Source: Candidatus Poseidoniaceae archaeon
Lineage (GTDB): Archaea; Thermoplasmatota; Poseidoniia; Poseidoniales; Poseidoniaceae
DNA length: 64,000 nucleotides
Direction: 5' to 3'
NCBI GenBank assembly: GCA_965659685.1
Contig: CBFHXB010000013.1
Span: 215-64,214, forward strand
Part shown: piece by piece, positions 28,411 to 38,603 of the stretch
Numbering within the stretch: the first letter of the stretch is position 1
Layout of the letters: the number at the start of each line of letters is the position of its first letter
The notes under the pieces: model-generated
Told to the model about the DNA's origin: nothing
What the model saw: only the letters and a program-made list of their open reading frames with translations
Database searches by the model: none
Made by a program: the position numbers and the translations under genes

Positions 28411-30139
28411 CGCCGTCACCTCCGAGCCGGCGCGTCTTGCGGGAAGAACGCCTGCGACGACGCGGCGTTTCAACGGTCGCCGCGCCGGTGGGGGCATCAG
28501 GTTGAGGGGTGAAGAGGCGGGCGTGAGCGCCGTCCACGTCAAACGCTTGCTGAGGACGAACCGCTGCCTTTTGGAGGCCCTTCACCTTGGGCACCTCGAC
28601 CGTGCTGGGCTCGGGCGCAAAGCGCCGGGCCAACCGGAGCGAGTCCCATGCTTGACGGCGCTTCATGGCGTCAGACGAGGGGACCTCAGGCCACGATTCC
28701 GGGCGAGCCAACGGAGGCCGGTTGGCCTTCTCCGTCATGGCGGGAAGGTTGCGTACCTTGGCCAGGCCAAGCGGTTTGGGTGAGCGCGCGACAGGCAAAG
28801 ACGCGGCCGACTCGGGAGCGTTTCGCACCAGGTCCGCGGTGGCGTCACCGCCGCGTCCCTCTGCGGGCCATACCGCGTCTCGTGATTCGCCCATCGGAGG
28901 CTGGAATTTTGGTACCCGAGTCGCGCGGTGCGGTGCAGGCTTGCGGGCTCGAACACGTTGGGCGCGTCGGGGTTTTCGGGGGATGACCGGCGAGGGTTCC
29001 ACGACCGATTCAACCTCGGGTTCAAGCTCGGCCTCAGGCTCGTCGTCCACCTCGGGTTCTGGCTCAACCACTTGAACATCGACCGTTTCGATGTCCTCCA
29101 CGTGATCGTCCACGTCGTCGTCGATGCCCGGGGCAAACCGCTCGCGCGTCTGCGCCACGGCGTCGGCGTCGAAGCCGCTTAGCGCGCGCAGGCTTCGTTC
29201 GTCGCTCGCCAAGGCCGCGACATCCTCGACGTCCATGGGTGCACCGTAATGGGTAAAGCGGGTCAATTCAGCCGTGGTCAGCACCTCTTCAGCAATGTGA
29301 ATCAGGTGAACGGCGCCATGTTCCCGACCATGATCCAGCAGGTCCGCAAAGGACGAGGCCGCGACTTCAGGCCCCATCACGACCGACAGGAGGTGCACGT
29401 CCACGCTGACGATGAGCATGGGCCTGTCGTCAAGCGCCGCTTCAGGGAGGTTCAGCGCCCCTTCGTGAATCCACAGGTGGTGGACACCTTCTGGGACGTC
29501 CTCGCCCCGTCGAACGATCATGACGCTGCATCCGCCTGCAGCCGCCCATGCACGGGACATGGCGGCAAGGGCCTCGGGCGTTGATGCGTGCACCAAGCGC
29601 ACGCTGCCCGGTGAGAGGTCCACGTGGTCCACCCGAATTCGTGCACGGGTTCGGTCCACGGAGGCACGGATCTCCTCTGGGGCGCGAACGGTGGGAGCCA
29701 TCGTTGGAAGCCGCGGGGCCCGGGCGCGACGAGGGGCCGGGATGCGCCCTTCCCACCAGCGGACGTCGTCGTGTTCGACGTGGTTCGAAAATCGGCTCCC
29801 TTCATGGACGGCCAAGGCTTCTTGCACCAACGAACCGGGAAGATGGTGCACCTCGACTTCCGTGGTGCCCGAGCGAAGCATCTCTCGGAACGGGGCCAAG
29901 GCCACCTCGCCCACGACGGTTCCATCGTCGTCCTGAATCAAGGCCCCGATGGGTGCGCCTGCGGCGAGGGCCAACACGCCCGTTGCGCCGTCGTCAGCCC
30001 GGGCCACAAAGCCGCCGCTGAGACCGAGGGTGGCGGCATCGGCGAGCATCACTTCGAGCACTTCAGCGCCTCCGCGCCGAACCTCGAGCACCTCACCGCG
30101 CGGCCAATCCACCATCTTGCTCCTCAGTTCACCGACCAT
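28403..30139 (-). CDS. hypothetical protein, DUF2226-like N-terminus, DUF835-like middle domain and disordered tail
   Basis: WPRGEVLE...LSGGF...GAPIGAL...EVEVHHL, then SPGSVRLV...IVRR...LWI...FADLLD, then an acidic and then basic Pro-rich tail. Domain names are tentative; alternative start at 30115. Confidence 0.6.
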   Translation of the reverse strand: MVGELRSKMVDWPRGEVLEVRRGGAEVLEVMLADAATLGLSGGFVARADDGATGVLALAAGAPIGALIQDDDGTVVGEVALAPFREMLRSGTTEVEVHHLPGSLVQEALAVHEGSRFSNHVEHDDVRWWEGRIPAPRRARAPRLPTMAPTVRAPEEIRASVDRTRARIRVDHVDLSPGSVRLVHASTPEALAAMSRAWAAAGGCSVMIVRRGEDVPEGVHHLWIHEGALNLPEAALDDRPMLIVSVDVHLLSVVMGPEVAASSFADLLDHGREHGAVHLIHIAEEVLTTAELTRFTHYGAPMDVEDVAALASDERSLRALSGFDADAVAQTRERFAPGIDDDVDDHVEDIETVDVQVVEPEPEVDDEPEAELEPEVESVVEPSPVIPRKPRRAQRVRARKPAPHRATRVPKFQPPMGESRDAVWPAEGRGGDATADLVRNAPESAASLPVARSPKPLGLAKVRNLPAMTEKANRPPLARPESWPEVPSSDAMKRRQAWDSLRLARRFAPEPSTVEVPKVKGLQKAAVRPQQAFDVDGAHARLFTPQPDAPTGAATVETPRRRRRSSRKTRRLGGDGDA

Positions 30140-30213
30140 GACGGCGTTTGAAGGTCACGTCGTTCGCGAGGCCTTGCACGGGAGTTTATTCCCCGACCCA
30201 CCAAGGCCACCGC

Positions 30214-30615
30214 ATGGGCGACGTGCCTTCCCCGTTGACGGGCGAAGAGGCCGAGCACTTCGTTGACGGCCAACGGGAGTTTGACGGAGGCCGTTGGTGG
30301 GAAGCCCACGAGTGCTGGGAAGAAGCGTGGGTGGCCATGAAGGCAAGAGAAGCACCACCACGTGAGGTCCTGTTGCTTCAGGGCCTGATCCAGTGCGCCG
30401 CCTTGCTCTACAACCACCGACGTGGCACGACCCGGGGGGTTCGAAACCAGTGGGCAAAGCTCCAACCAAAACTGGCGGGGTTTGACCAGGCATGGGGCGT
30501 GGACGTTCGGGCCTTGTTGGCCCTTGTCGAGCCTTTCGCCCTCGATGCGGAGACCTGCGCCATGCCTCAAGAAGGGCTGCGCCTTCCCATGCTCAGGGGG
30601 CACAGCGATGAGTGA
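30214..30615 (+). CDS. DUF309 domain protein
   Basis: FDGGRWWEAHECWEEAW...LQGLIQCAALLYN..RG. Confidence 0.88.
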   Translation: MGDVPSPLTGEEAEHFVDGQREFDGGRWWEAHECWEEAWVAMKAREAPPREVLLLQGLIQCAALLYNHRRGTTRGVRNQWAKLQPKLAGFDQAWGVDVRALLALVEPFALDAETCAMPQEGLRLPMLRGHSDE

Positions 30616-31240
30616 ACTCCCAACGGGTTTCCTTCCGCTCGGCACCACCGAAGTGGGTGATGAGGTTGCACAAATGGCGACGTGGACCTTCCGCGCGGCC
30701 ACAAGCCTAGGAGCACTGGGCGTGGTGCTCAGCCTGGGGTTCAACCTGGTGCTGATTCCGAGCGTCGGAGCCTTGCTTGTGGGAGGCCTTGCATGGCGTC
30801 GCGCTCGCGTTCTCCGTGACCTCCCGTTTGCCGTCAACGCAAACCATCCGTGGATCCTCGACCAAGCGATGGGAAAGGCCGAGGTGGCCGTTCGAGCGGC
30901 GGATGATCGCTGGGTCGTCTTGGGCGACCTCCGATTGAAACTCCACACCGACCCCTTGCTGGGCGACCCCCTGCTGGTCGAAGCCAACGAACCGTGGGAC
31001 ACCGTGGTCAGGTGGCCACAGGCATCTCCGGCCCGCTTGCAACGGTGGTTGGTGGTCGGCAACACAGCCCTCGCCCTTCGTGATGCGGTGAACGGCCATG
31101 ACGAAGAGGCCGAAGAACAACGGCGACGTGCTGCGAACGACACCGATTTGCTGGACCGCCAATGGCCGGAAGAAGAGGACACGATGGAAGAGGGATTGGC
31201 CCTCACCCGTTGGCTTGAATCCGCTCGCCCGAAGAAGTGA
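30608..31240 (+). CDS. hypothetical membrane protein
   Basis: ATG overlaps the DUF309 end; two TMs followed by a soluble region. Confidence 0.65.
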   Translation: MSELPTGFLPLGTTEVGDEVAQMATWTFRAATSLGALGVVLSLGFNLVLIPSVGALLVGGLAWRRARVLRDLPFAVNANHPWILDQAMGKAEVAVRAADDRWVVLGDLRLKLHTDPLLGDPLLVEANEPWDTVVRWPQASPARLQRWLVVGNTALALRDAVNGHDEEAEEQRRRAANDTDLLDRQWPEEEDTMEEGLALTRWLESARPKK

Positions 31241-31307
31241 TGAGATGGCCATGTGGCCTTCTTTTCGGTCCTTCATGTTCATAATCTCATCAGAAAACCA
31301 GCGTCCC

Positions 31308-31922
31308 ATGTCAGGGGCCGAATGGCGGGCAGGTTTGGACCACCTCGGCCCAAAACAAGCCGAGTTGTTGCTCGGCACGTCCCTCTCACGGCGTTTCGCC
31401 AGCTTGCCCATGTGGCTCAACCACCCGGCCAACGTCGCCGGATTCTACGGCATCCTCGTGGCCCTCGCGCTGCTCCTGCCGTACCGTGTGTCCTACGGTG
31501 ATGCAATCTGGTGGCCCACGTGGATCTTCCATGCCTCCCTGCTCATCGCGTCGTGCATGCTGCTGGGTTTTGCATCGCTCATCATCGCCCGTTTCTCAAA
31601 GCGCGCACCCGTGGCACCGCCTCGAACGGTGTTGTACGCCATGCCCTTCGTGGGCCTTGCCGTGCTAGGAGGGAACATCACGGGACTGTTCTCCTTGCCA
31701 CCTGCCCCGGTGTGGTTCCTCCTCCTGCTCCCGGGGCCGCTCTACGTTCACCTGAGTTGGGCCCCACGGTGGCGCATGCTGTGCCGGCTCGAAGACGGGA
31801 AAGACCCCTTCGAAGACATCGACATCGAACCCGTTGAGACGGAAACGGACATGGAGGCCATCGTCGAGGACGACGGCGACCTCAAGGACGTGCTGGACAC
31901 CATCCTCTCCGAAGAGGAATGA
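31308..31922 (+). CDS. hypothetical 4-TM membrane protein with acidic tail
   Basis: Hydrophobic segments and GC3-biased codons. Start estimated. Confidence 0.65.
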   Translation: MSGAEWRAGLDHLGPKQAELLLGTSLSRRFASLPMWLNHPANVAGFYGILVALALLLPYRVSYGDAIWWPTWIFHASLLIASCMLLGFASLIIARFSKRAPVAPPRTVLYAMPFVGLAVLGGNITGLFSLPPAPVWFLLLLPGPLYVHLSWAPRWRMLCRLEDGKDPFEDIDIEPVETETDMEAIVEDDGDLKDVLDTILSEEE

Positions 31923-31925
31923 GCC

Positions 31926-33107
31926 TCAGATCAAGCCCAAATCGGCGCCGACGCGCTCGAAGATACGGAGCACCTCGTCCAAATCGTCTCGCGTCAAACC
32001 TGCGGACATCTGCGTGCGGACGCGGGCTTTGTCCCGTGCCACCATGGGGAAGACGATGGCTCCGGCCATGACCCCTTCCGCAGCGAGGGCGTTGGAGAGG
32101 GCTTTGGCGGTCTTGGATGGACCGCACATCACGGGGATGATGGGCGTTTCAGACACCCCGGTGTCAAAGCCAAGGCTCTGCAATTCGTTGCGGAAATATG
32201 CGGTGTTGTCCCACAGGCGTTGATGATGTTCAGGTTCCTCTTGGAGGACCTGAATGGCGGCCCGCTGAGCGGCGGCAACCCCTGGGGGCTGAGAGCCGGA
32301 GAGCAGCCATGAACGGGAGTGGTTGAGGGCGTGTTGGCGGCTCAATTCCGAACCCGCCATGATGCCTCCTTGCACGCCAAGGGCCTTGGAGAACGAACCG
32401 ATTTCGAATTCGACCTTGCCGTGGACGTTGAAGTGGTCCACAATGCCGCGGCCTCCTTCGCCAAGGACCCCTTCACCGTGGCAATCGTCCACCATGATCA
32501 TGGCGTCGTATTCCTCGGCCAACGCCACGATGTCGCCAAGCGGTGCGATGTCGCCGTCCATCGAAAAGACACCGTCCGTGATGATGAGTTTGCGCTCTGC
32601 GTTCTTGTTGGCGATGAGCACTTCCTCAAGCGCGCCCATGTCGTTGTGCGCGTAGACGGCGCGGCTTGCCTTGGTCAAACGGACGCCGTCGATGATCGAC
32701 CCGTGGTTCAGTTCGTCGCTGATGATGAGGTCCTCTGACCCGCGGACGAGGCTTGGAATCAGGCCGACGTTGGCGGTGTATCCCGCCGAATAGATCAGCG
32801 CGGCCTCGGCTCGCTTGAAGGAAGCCACTTCCTTCTCCGCCTCCAAGTGAAGGTCCATGGTGCCGGCGATGGCGCGAACGGAGCCGCTTCCTGCGCCGTA
32901 GGTCTTGGTGGCTTCAACGGCCGCGTCCACCACCTTGGGGTGCGTGGTGAGGTTGAGGTAGTTGTTCGCTGACAGCATGATGGTCGGGCGACCGTTCATC
33001 TGGCATCGAGGCACGCTTGGGCCCTCGAGGGTGGGAGGCTCCCACAACAGCGAACGCTCCTCGAGCTCATCGTACCTGGCCTGCATCCACGAAAGGTCAC
33101 CCGGCAT
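31926..33107 (-). CDS. kbl: glycine C-acetyltransferase / AOS-family class II aminotransferase
   Basis: ANNYLNL, GSGSVRAIAGT, DELNHGSIIDG, DGVFSMDGD, DDCHG and GSFSKALG. Confidence 0.85.
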   Translation of the reverse strand: MPGDLSWMQARYDELEERSLLWEPPTLEGPSVPRCQMNGRPTIMLSANNYLNLTTHPKVVDAAVEATKTYGAGSGSVRAIAGTMDLHLEAEKEVASFKRAEAALIYSAGYTANVGLIPSLVRGSEDLIISDELNHGSIIDGVRLTKASRAVYAHNDMGALEEVLIANKNAERKLIITDGVFSMDGDIAPLGDIVALAEEYDAMIMVDDCHGEGVLGEGGRGIVDHFNVHGKVEFEIGSFSKALGVQGGIMAGSELSRQHALNHSRSWLLSGSQPPGVAAAQRAAIQVLQEEPEHHQRLWDNTAYFRNELQSLGFDTGVSETPIIPVMCGPSKTAKALSNALAAEGVMAGAIVFPMVARDKARVRTQMSAGLTRDDLDEVLRIFERVGADLGLI

Positions 33108-33209
33108 CTCAATCCCGGTTGGGCCTGTTCGCTCGGGTTCTTGAGCATCCCGCAGGCCCCACGCTGGCTCGGGGCACGGCTTGAAGAGGGGGAGGCACGC
33201 CGCCGGGGC

Positions 33210-33683
33210 GTGGACCTCTCCGGTGAAGTGGGCAGCGGCCTCGGTCGTGCGCAGGTGTTCATGGCCCAGCCGCACTATCAGGACCAATTCAGGGCCTTGC
33301 TGGGTGCAACGGCATGGCCAGGAACCCTCAACGTCACGGTCGAAGGCAACGACCTTGTGGAATACATCGCCTTGAGGCAAGCGGCTGGACTCGACACCCT
33401 TGACGTCGACGATGCGGTACGTGAAGCCGCCAAGGGCGTCGACACCTCGAAGTTCCCCCTTCACCGCATCCGCGGTTTCCTTCGGGACGGGGTGTCCTTC
33501 GGCGGTGCGAGCGCCTTCCTTGCCACGATGTCCTCAGATGGTGAATCCGTGGCGTGTGCGGTGTTGATCCCCGACTTGACGCGCCACATCGACGTCGTCG
33601 AATTGATCTCCACCGAATTCCTTCGTGAGCGCCTTGGGTTGGAGGACGGAGACCGCGTGACGCTGACCTTGTCCTCGTCATGA
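33210..33683 (+). CDS. ribK: CTP-dependent riboflavin kinase (DUF120), no N-terminal HTH
   Basis: GEVGSGLGRA, YQDQF..LG..WPGTLN, SFGG, P..TRH..VVEL and LRERLGLEDGDRV. Confidence 0.9.
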   Translation: MDLSGEVGSGLGRAQVFMAQPHYQDQFRALLGATAWPGTLNVTVEGNDLVEYIALRQAAGLDTLDVDDAVREAAKGVDTSKFPLHRIRGFLRDGVSFGGASAFLATMSSDGESVACAVLIPDLTRHIDVVELISTEFLRERLGLEDGDRVTLTLSSS

Positions 33684-34577
33684 CCAGTGCAACCGGCCGA
33701 GCGCCGACCATTCGTGGTGGAGCAGGGCCTCGATTTCCGAGGAGGCGGCCGCGCTCCATCGCCGACGCATCGTCCGTTCTGCACCTTCAGCGCGCGTCGG
33801 CGGCGCCTGCCAGGTCATGGTTCGCTCTGGCGAGGGCGTGACGGGAAGATCCTCCCATACCACGTCCCAAAGGACGAGCCATTCTGCAGGTGCCACACCA
33901 AAGTCAACGGCCACCTCTGGCCGATGAAGGGCTTCGTGGACCTCGTCGTACGTCAGCCGGCCAAGTTCGAGGCTGTGCACCGCCATGGCGATGCGTCGGA
34001 CCTGATTCCAAAGGAAGGAATGCCCGACGATTTCGAAGCCCACCGTTCGACCTCCAACCGTCCAAGGCGTCGCCGAGAGGACGGTCCGCATCGGGTTCTT
34101 GCCTTCCTCCATTCGAGCAAAATTCCGAACGTCGTGGGTGCCGACAAAGAGGTCCAAGTGGCGCTGGAAGCGTTCCGGGTCCTCCGCCCACCATCCTTCC
34201 ATCCCTTCCAGTCTGTACCGGTAGACGCGGTGGTCGGCCAACCTCGGATTCCAACCCGGAGAAACCTCGGTGGCATCGAGCACCGCCAGATGGTCGGGGA
34301 GACGATCGGCCATGGCCCGAACCAACTTCCGGTCACCGATTTTCTCGTAGAGGCTGCGCTCGAGGGTCAACAGGCCGCCGTTTCGTCGGACGTTGACCCC
34401 GGCATCCGTTCGGCTTCCGAGGATCATCGTGTGCGCGTCGTCCTTCCACCATCCCAAGGACCGCAGCACCCGCTGGAGTTCACCTTGAACGGTGATCACG
34501 TCAGGCTGGATTTGACTGCCATGAAAGGCGTCGCCAAGGTAGCCGACGCGGAGGGCAAGATGGACGAGTTCGCCCAT
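33678..34577 (-). CDS. truA: tRNA pseudouridine(38-40) synthase
   Basis: GYLGDAFHGSQIQP, SRTDAGV, RVYRY, GTHDVRNF and FLWNQVRRI. Confidence 0.92.
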   Translation of the reverse strand: MGELVHLALRVGYLGDAFHGSQIQPDVITVQGELQRVLRSLGWWKDDAHTMILGSRTDAGVNVRRNGGLLTLERSLYEKIGDRKLVRAMADRLPDHLAVLDATEVSPGWNPRLADHRVYRYRLEGMEGWWAEDPERFQRHLDLFVGTHDVRNFARMEEGKNPMRTVLSATPWTVGGRTVGFEIVGHSFLWNQVRRIAMAVHSLELGRLTYDEVHEALHRPEVAVDFGVAPAEWLVLWDVVWEDLPVTPSPERTMTWQAPPTRAEGAERTMRRRWSAAASSEIEALLHHEWSALGRLHWS

Positions 34578-34589
34578 CGTCAAACACCC

Positions 34590-35105
34590 TCAGGCGTCTT
34601 CGAGGAAGGCCTTGACGTCCTCAGCAGAGAAGCCCAGGCCGCCAATGGACCAGAGCAGGGCCTGCTTGAGCCAAGGCTGGCTGATGTCGGAGGTTCGCTC
34701 TGGGTCAACCACTTCGATGCGGTCGACCAAGTTGCGGGCTGCATTGTACAGGCGGTCGTCGTAAGGGATGTCGGCCATTTCGAGCCGCGTGGCGTAGCGC
34801 TGGAATTCTTTGACCGCCTGAGGAATGCGGTTGCATTCAAGCGCAAAGTCGGCGAAATCGGCGATGTATTCGTCGTTCTCTTCGTCGATCTGCATGGCTT
34901 TCTTGTAGGCCATCATGATCTTCCCACCGGGAATGACGTCTTCCTGAGCGTCCATGTTCAGCATGTTTGCGAACTCGGCGTAGGTGTGGTGAAGCGCTGC
35001 TTCATTGCGGTGTTCGCCGCGCAGGGCGTCGAGCAGATCCACGGCGCCCTGAAGGTCACCTTCTGCAAACTTGTCTAGGGCGGGTCGAAGCAGTTCATCG
35101 GACAT
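34590..35105 (-). CDS. TPR-like helical hypothetical protein
   Basis: AYKKAMQIDEEN..YIADFADFAL TPR-like pattern. Start at ATG 35105. Confidence 0.65.
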   Translation of the reverse strand: MSDELLRPALDKFAEGDLQGAVDLLDALRGEHRNEAALHHTYAEFANMLNMDAQEDVIPGGKIMMAYKKAMQIDEENDEYIADFADFALECNRIPQAVKEFQRYATRLEMADIPYDDRLYNAARNLVDRIEVVDPERTSDISQPWLKQALLWSIGGLGFSAEDVKAFLEDA

Positions 35106-35155
35106 GGAGGGGCCTCCACCCCACGGGGGGCGGGGCCTGCTCTTCAAGCCCTCGC

Positions 35156-36178
35156 TCAGTTCTCGCTCAGGGCTGCCTTGAGTTCTGAGAGTTGGCTGGA
35201 CTGGCTGTGGCGCATGTGGAGCTCGTTCAGCAACTCCTCGGTGTCCTGCCATCCACGCACGTTGAAGAAGCAGATTTTGGGGTCCGGGCTGGCGCTCGTG
35301 ACCGTGCGCTGGTACGTGAGCAGCCCGAGCAGACGTCGAGCGACGCTCTTCCCGGCCTTCTCTGCGTTGGTGTCGTCTTCGTTCGTTTGAACGGCCTCTG
35401 GCACGGCAGCCGCGGCGGCCACACCGCGGGTTTCCTGCGTCAGGCCGATGCCTGAATCGGTGAGCAGGGAAATGGTGGCAAAGCCAAGAACGGTGCCCAG
35501 CATCGAGCGCTCAACACCCACCTCGGAGATCTTCTCAAACAGGATACGGCGGTGACCGCGGACCAGCAAGAAGCGGTGGTCAAAGATGACCGCATCGCTG
35601 GTCACGGCGTAGTGGAAGGAGCGCTGGTAGTACGCCGTCAAGAGGACCAACATCCCAGAAAAGAACGCACCAGCGATCAGGTGATTGTAGTCTGGAAGCA
35701 AGCCTCCGCCGCTGCCAATGCTGGGGTAGGAGTCGCCAAGAAGGGCGGTCAACCAGTTGTCGAGGACCACCAACAACGGTGCGATGCTGGCGAGCAACAG
35801 CCACACGGTCAACCAGCGGTTGGAGGTGGTGAGGTTCAGCATTCGGTTGAACCATGTCAGGCCCAACATGAGGGCCATGAAGGTCACGTCGTTGGCCAAG
35901 ACGTTGAACAGGAGTTGGGAGACACCGCTTGAGTCGTCCGACGTCAGCATGCTCGCCAGGTTGTCGCTGAAGAAGAGCCAATGAAGCGCCATCAAGACCA
36001 TGGCGAGGACGTAGTATCCGGCGAAGGCCATGAAGGAAGGACGCGTATGGCGAAGGATTTCCTCGCCTGGGATGGTCCGGAATTTCTTCTGCAGGCTGGC
36101 GTCGGAGGTCTTCTCCTCTGCGGCCGGTGCGGGCGCTTCAGCAGGTGCTGGGGGCGCGTCGGTCGTTTCCTCGGTCAT
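35156..36178 (-). CDS. membrane protein with bacterial PH (bPH_2) domain
   Basis: PGEEILRHTRPS, TMs, then YAVTSDAVI...FEKISEVGVERSMLGTVLGFATI. Confidence 0.8.
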   Translation of the reverse strand: MTEETTDAPPAPAEAPAPAAEEKTSDASLQKKFRTIPGEEILRHTRPSFMAFAGYYVLAMVLMALHWLFFSDNLASMLTSDDSSGVSQLLFNVLANDVTFMALMLGLTWFNRMLNLTTSNRWLTVWLLLASIAPLLVVLDNWLTALLGDSYPSIGSGGGLLPDYNHLIAGAFFSGMLVLLTAYYQRSFHYAVTSDAVIFDHRFLLVRGHRRILFEKISEVGVERSMLGTVLGFATISLLTDSGIGLTQETRGVAAAAAVPEAVQTNEDDTNAEKAGKSVARRLLGLLTYQRTVTSASPDPKICFFNVRGWQDTEELLNELHMRHSQSSQLSELKAALSEN

Positions 36179-36273
36179 GGTGACACCCAAGCCGTCTTCT
36201 GTCGAGAACGACATGAACGTTTCCACGATACGAGACCGAACATAAGGGGCTGGTGGGCGTGCTGCCCTCCCCG

Positions 36274-37428
36274 TCAATGCAACAAGCCCCATGCGTGCTC
36301 TGCGTTGCCGCGGATCCACGCAAAGTCGGACTCCGTGCGGACACTCTGCTCGTCCTCAAGCCTGAGGCGGCGGACCTGCAACGGATACTCGTTGTAGGTC
36401 AAGTGGCTGCGAAGCCCTGCCCGGGTCGGCTGATCAAAGGTCCAATGGGCCCGGGCGAGCGCGGCCACTTCGAGGTCGATCGACACCCGTCCATTCCACA
36501 TGCGAATCGAAAAGACAGGCAGGCCGTTCTCGTTCCGCTTCCCGACCACCACCCTGCCAAAGCGCTCGGTGTGACCGCGTGTCTCGTCGTGCAACAGCCC
36601 GCCTTCGCTCAAGGCGACGTGCCCAAGGTCACGCGATTTCCAAGGGCGATCGTCGACGGCGCTCAACGTCGGTGAGGCGTGCGGCAGGAACCAATCGAGG
36701 TAGGAGCCGTCGGAGAAATGCAAGACGCCCCAATACCACGGCACCGACGGCGCCTGAACCTTGACCTTCTGGAAATACGCCGTACCCTGGACCGCTGCGC
36801 CATCGATGGTCCCTTCCGCGGTCGTGCCGTGCAGACGGAGGATGTCGTAGCCGAGGCCCGCGGCATAGGTGGCGGTGGCTTGCCGGGCGGTGGAAAGCCG
36901 CTCCGAGGCGGGGCGGAGCCGGAGGTCGAGGGAGGTGAACGGAGCGCCGTCGGGCATGGGGTCGAGGGTCAGCCAAAACTCAGCCCCGTCGCCGTCCATC
37001 CCCATGCTGTAGTCCTCGTCCAACAAAGGCACCACGGCCCCCACTCCACGATCAGGGGTCGCAACGCCGGGCCATGAGGGATGGGCGCCGGGCAAGACCA
37101 CCATGCTGCACCGCTTGGCCAGCACCGCATCGTGCATGGCCTCGCCGTCGAACCACCATGCGCACACCATCCCGTCGAGGGACATGCCACCGTGTTCGTC
37201 CACACCAGGACGACCCTGTGGACGCCATGTGGCACCGTTGACCTCGACCCTCGGCGCGTCTTTGGTCGACCAGAGCGTCATCAGTTGCTTCCCGGTGGGA
37301 CGTCCTTGCTCGTCTTCGAGCATCACCAGCCACCACCACCAATCCCAGGTCAGGCCTCGGATGGGTGGGCGCTGATCAAGGCGCCAAAGCCCGCTCAGGT
37401 CACCGAGAAAATGTGCGGGAGGCGTCAC
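36274..37428 (-). CDS. AttH/CrtC/tocopherol-cyclase-like beta-barrel protein (tentative)
   Basis: WDWWWW motif, GTIDG..VQGTAYFQK, PWYWG and GNAEHAWG. GTGA overlap with the permease stop. Confidence 0.6.
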   Translation of the reverse strand: MTPPAHFLGDLSGLWRLDQRPPIRGLTWDWWWWLVMLEDEQGRPTGKQLMTLWSTKDAPRVEVNGATWRPQGRPGVDEHGGMSLDGMVCAWWFDGEAMHDAVLAKRCSMVVLPGAHPSWPGVATPDRGVGAVVPLLDEDYSMGMDGDGAEFWLTLDPMPDGAPFTSLDLRLRPASERLSTARQATATYAAGLGYDILRLHGTTAEGTIDGAAVQGTAYFQKVKVQAPSVPWYWGVLHFSDGSYLDWFLPHASPTLSAVDDRPWKSRDLGHVALSEGGLLHDETRGHTERFGRVVVGKRNENGLPVFSIRMWNGRVSIDLEVAALARAHWTFDQPTRAGLRSHLTYNEYPLQVRRLRLEDEQSVRTESDFAWIRGNAEHAWGLLH

Positions 37429-38603
37429 GCGATCTCCTTCCCCTTGAACAGCGATTGGCCGATGATCCAAATCACGCCCGCTTGGAAGAGCAGGACCAGA
37501 ATCGCCACGGCGATGTTCCCCGTCGCTGAGATCTCGAAAGGAGCTTGAGAGGTCAAGAAGCCCAAGGATTCACCCGGCGCCACCACCGTGTGCGACCACA
37601 CGGCGTAGTCCGTGGTGTAGGCGATGAACGCCTCCTGATCCGACCACGACAGGGCGGTGGCGGCGTCGATGATGGCCAAACACCAACCGATGACGGAAAC
37701 GCGCAGCAATGGCGAGGACGGCAGCCCCATCGACAGGAAGGCCATCCCGAACTCCCACGCCGCGAATGGAATGGCGAGGACGATGCCGTACTTCCACATC
37801 ACGCCGAGGGTCATGAAGAGCATCCCGTAGACCAACAACGCCAACCAGGTGGCGAGCAAGATGGCCAACCAGATGCCGAGGTCCTCGAAACGGAACACCC
37901 CTTCCCCGGGAGCAGCGAATCCGGTGACCAACGCGGAGAGCACGACAACAGCAGCGCTGGCGGGCCACACGAGCGTCAGGTACCCCAACATCCGGTAGAG
38001 CAGCACCTCACCACGAGCGATGGGTTTCGCGAGAAGGAAGTGCATGGTTTCCGAGGTCATTTCGCCACGAATGAGGCCGGTGGCCAAGAACAAGGGAAGG
38101 AAAATCCCGAGGAGGAACACGATGCCCAATTTGCCGTAGCCCAACAGGAAAGCACGGTGCGTGGCCTCCTCCACGAAGTATTCCTCGTTCGGGTCTTCGT
38201 CCACGTCGTTGTCCCATAAAATCGCGGAACCGCCAAACCAATTCTGACGCAAGATGGCGTCGCAGACCACCCCGTTGTTGTTCGTGTCTTTGGCGCCGTC
38301 TGGACGGTCCGCCTCACGGCAATCGCCGTCGTCGTCGTAACCAAACGTGGTGGACGTTGCGTCCACCGAGGAGGGGAAATCTGGCCCGTCCTCGTCGAAC
38401 AGGCCATCGCCGTCGTTGTCGACCGATTCCACGGTGTCGTTCATCGCGTCAATGTAGAACAGCAGCACGGTGCCGAGGGCCACCACGCACGAGGCGAGGA
38501 CGACCCAAGTGGACAACCGCGTGCGGTATTGACGCAAAGTGAATTCCGCCACGGCGGTGGCCTTTCGGTCAAGGCCGCTCCACGCTTTGGTCGAGGAGGC
38601 CAT
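37425..38603 (-). CDS. ABC-2 type transporter permease with Asp-rich extracellular loop
   Basis: GEMTSETMHFLLAKPIARGEVLLYR; DNDGDG, DDDGD and DTNNNG motifs. Confidence 0.85.
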   Translation of the reverse strand: MASSTKAWSGLDRKATAVAEFTLRQYRTRLSTWVVLASCVVALGTVLLFYIDAMNDTVESVDNDGDGLFDEDGPDFPSSVDATSTTFGYDDDGDCREADRPDGAKDTNNNGVVCDAILRQNWFGGSAILWDNDVDEDPNEEYFVEEATHRAFLLGYGKLGIVFLLGIFLPLFLATGLIRGEMTSETMHFLLAKPIARGEVLLYRMLGYLTLVWPASAAVVVLSALVTGFAAPGEGVFRFEDLGIWLAILLATWLALLVYGMLFMTLGVMWKYGIVLAIPFAAWEFGMAFLSMGLPSSPLLRVSVIGWCLAIIDAATALSWSDQEAFIAYTTDYAVWSHTVVAPGESLGFLTSQAPFEISATGNIAVAILVLLFQAGVIWIIGQSLFKGKEIA

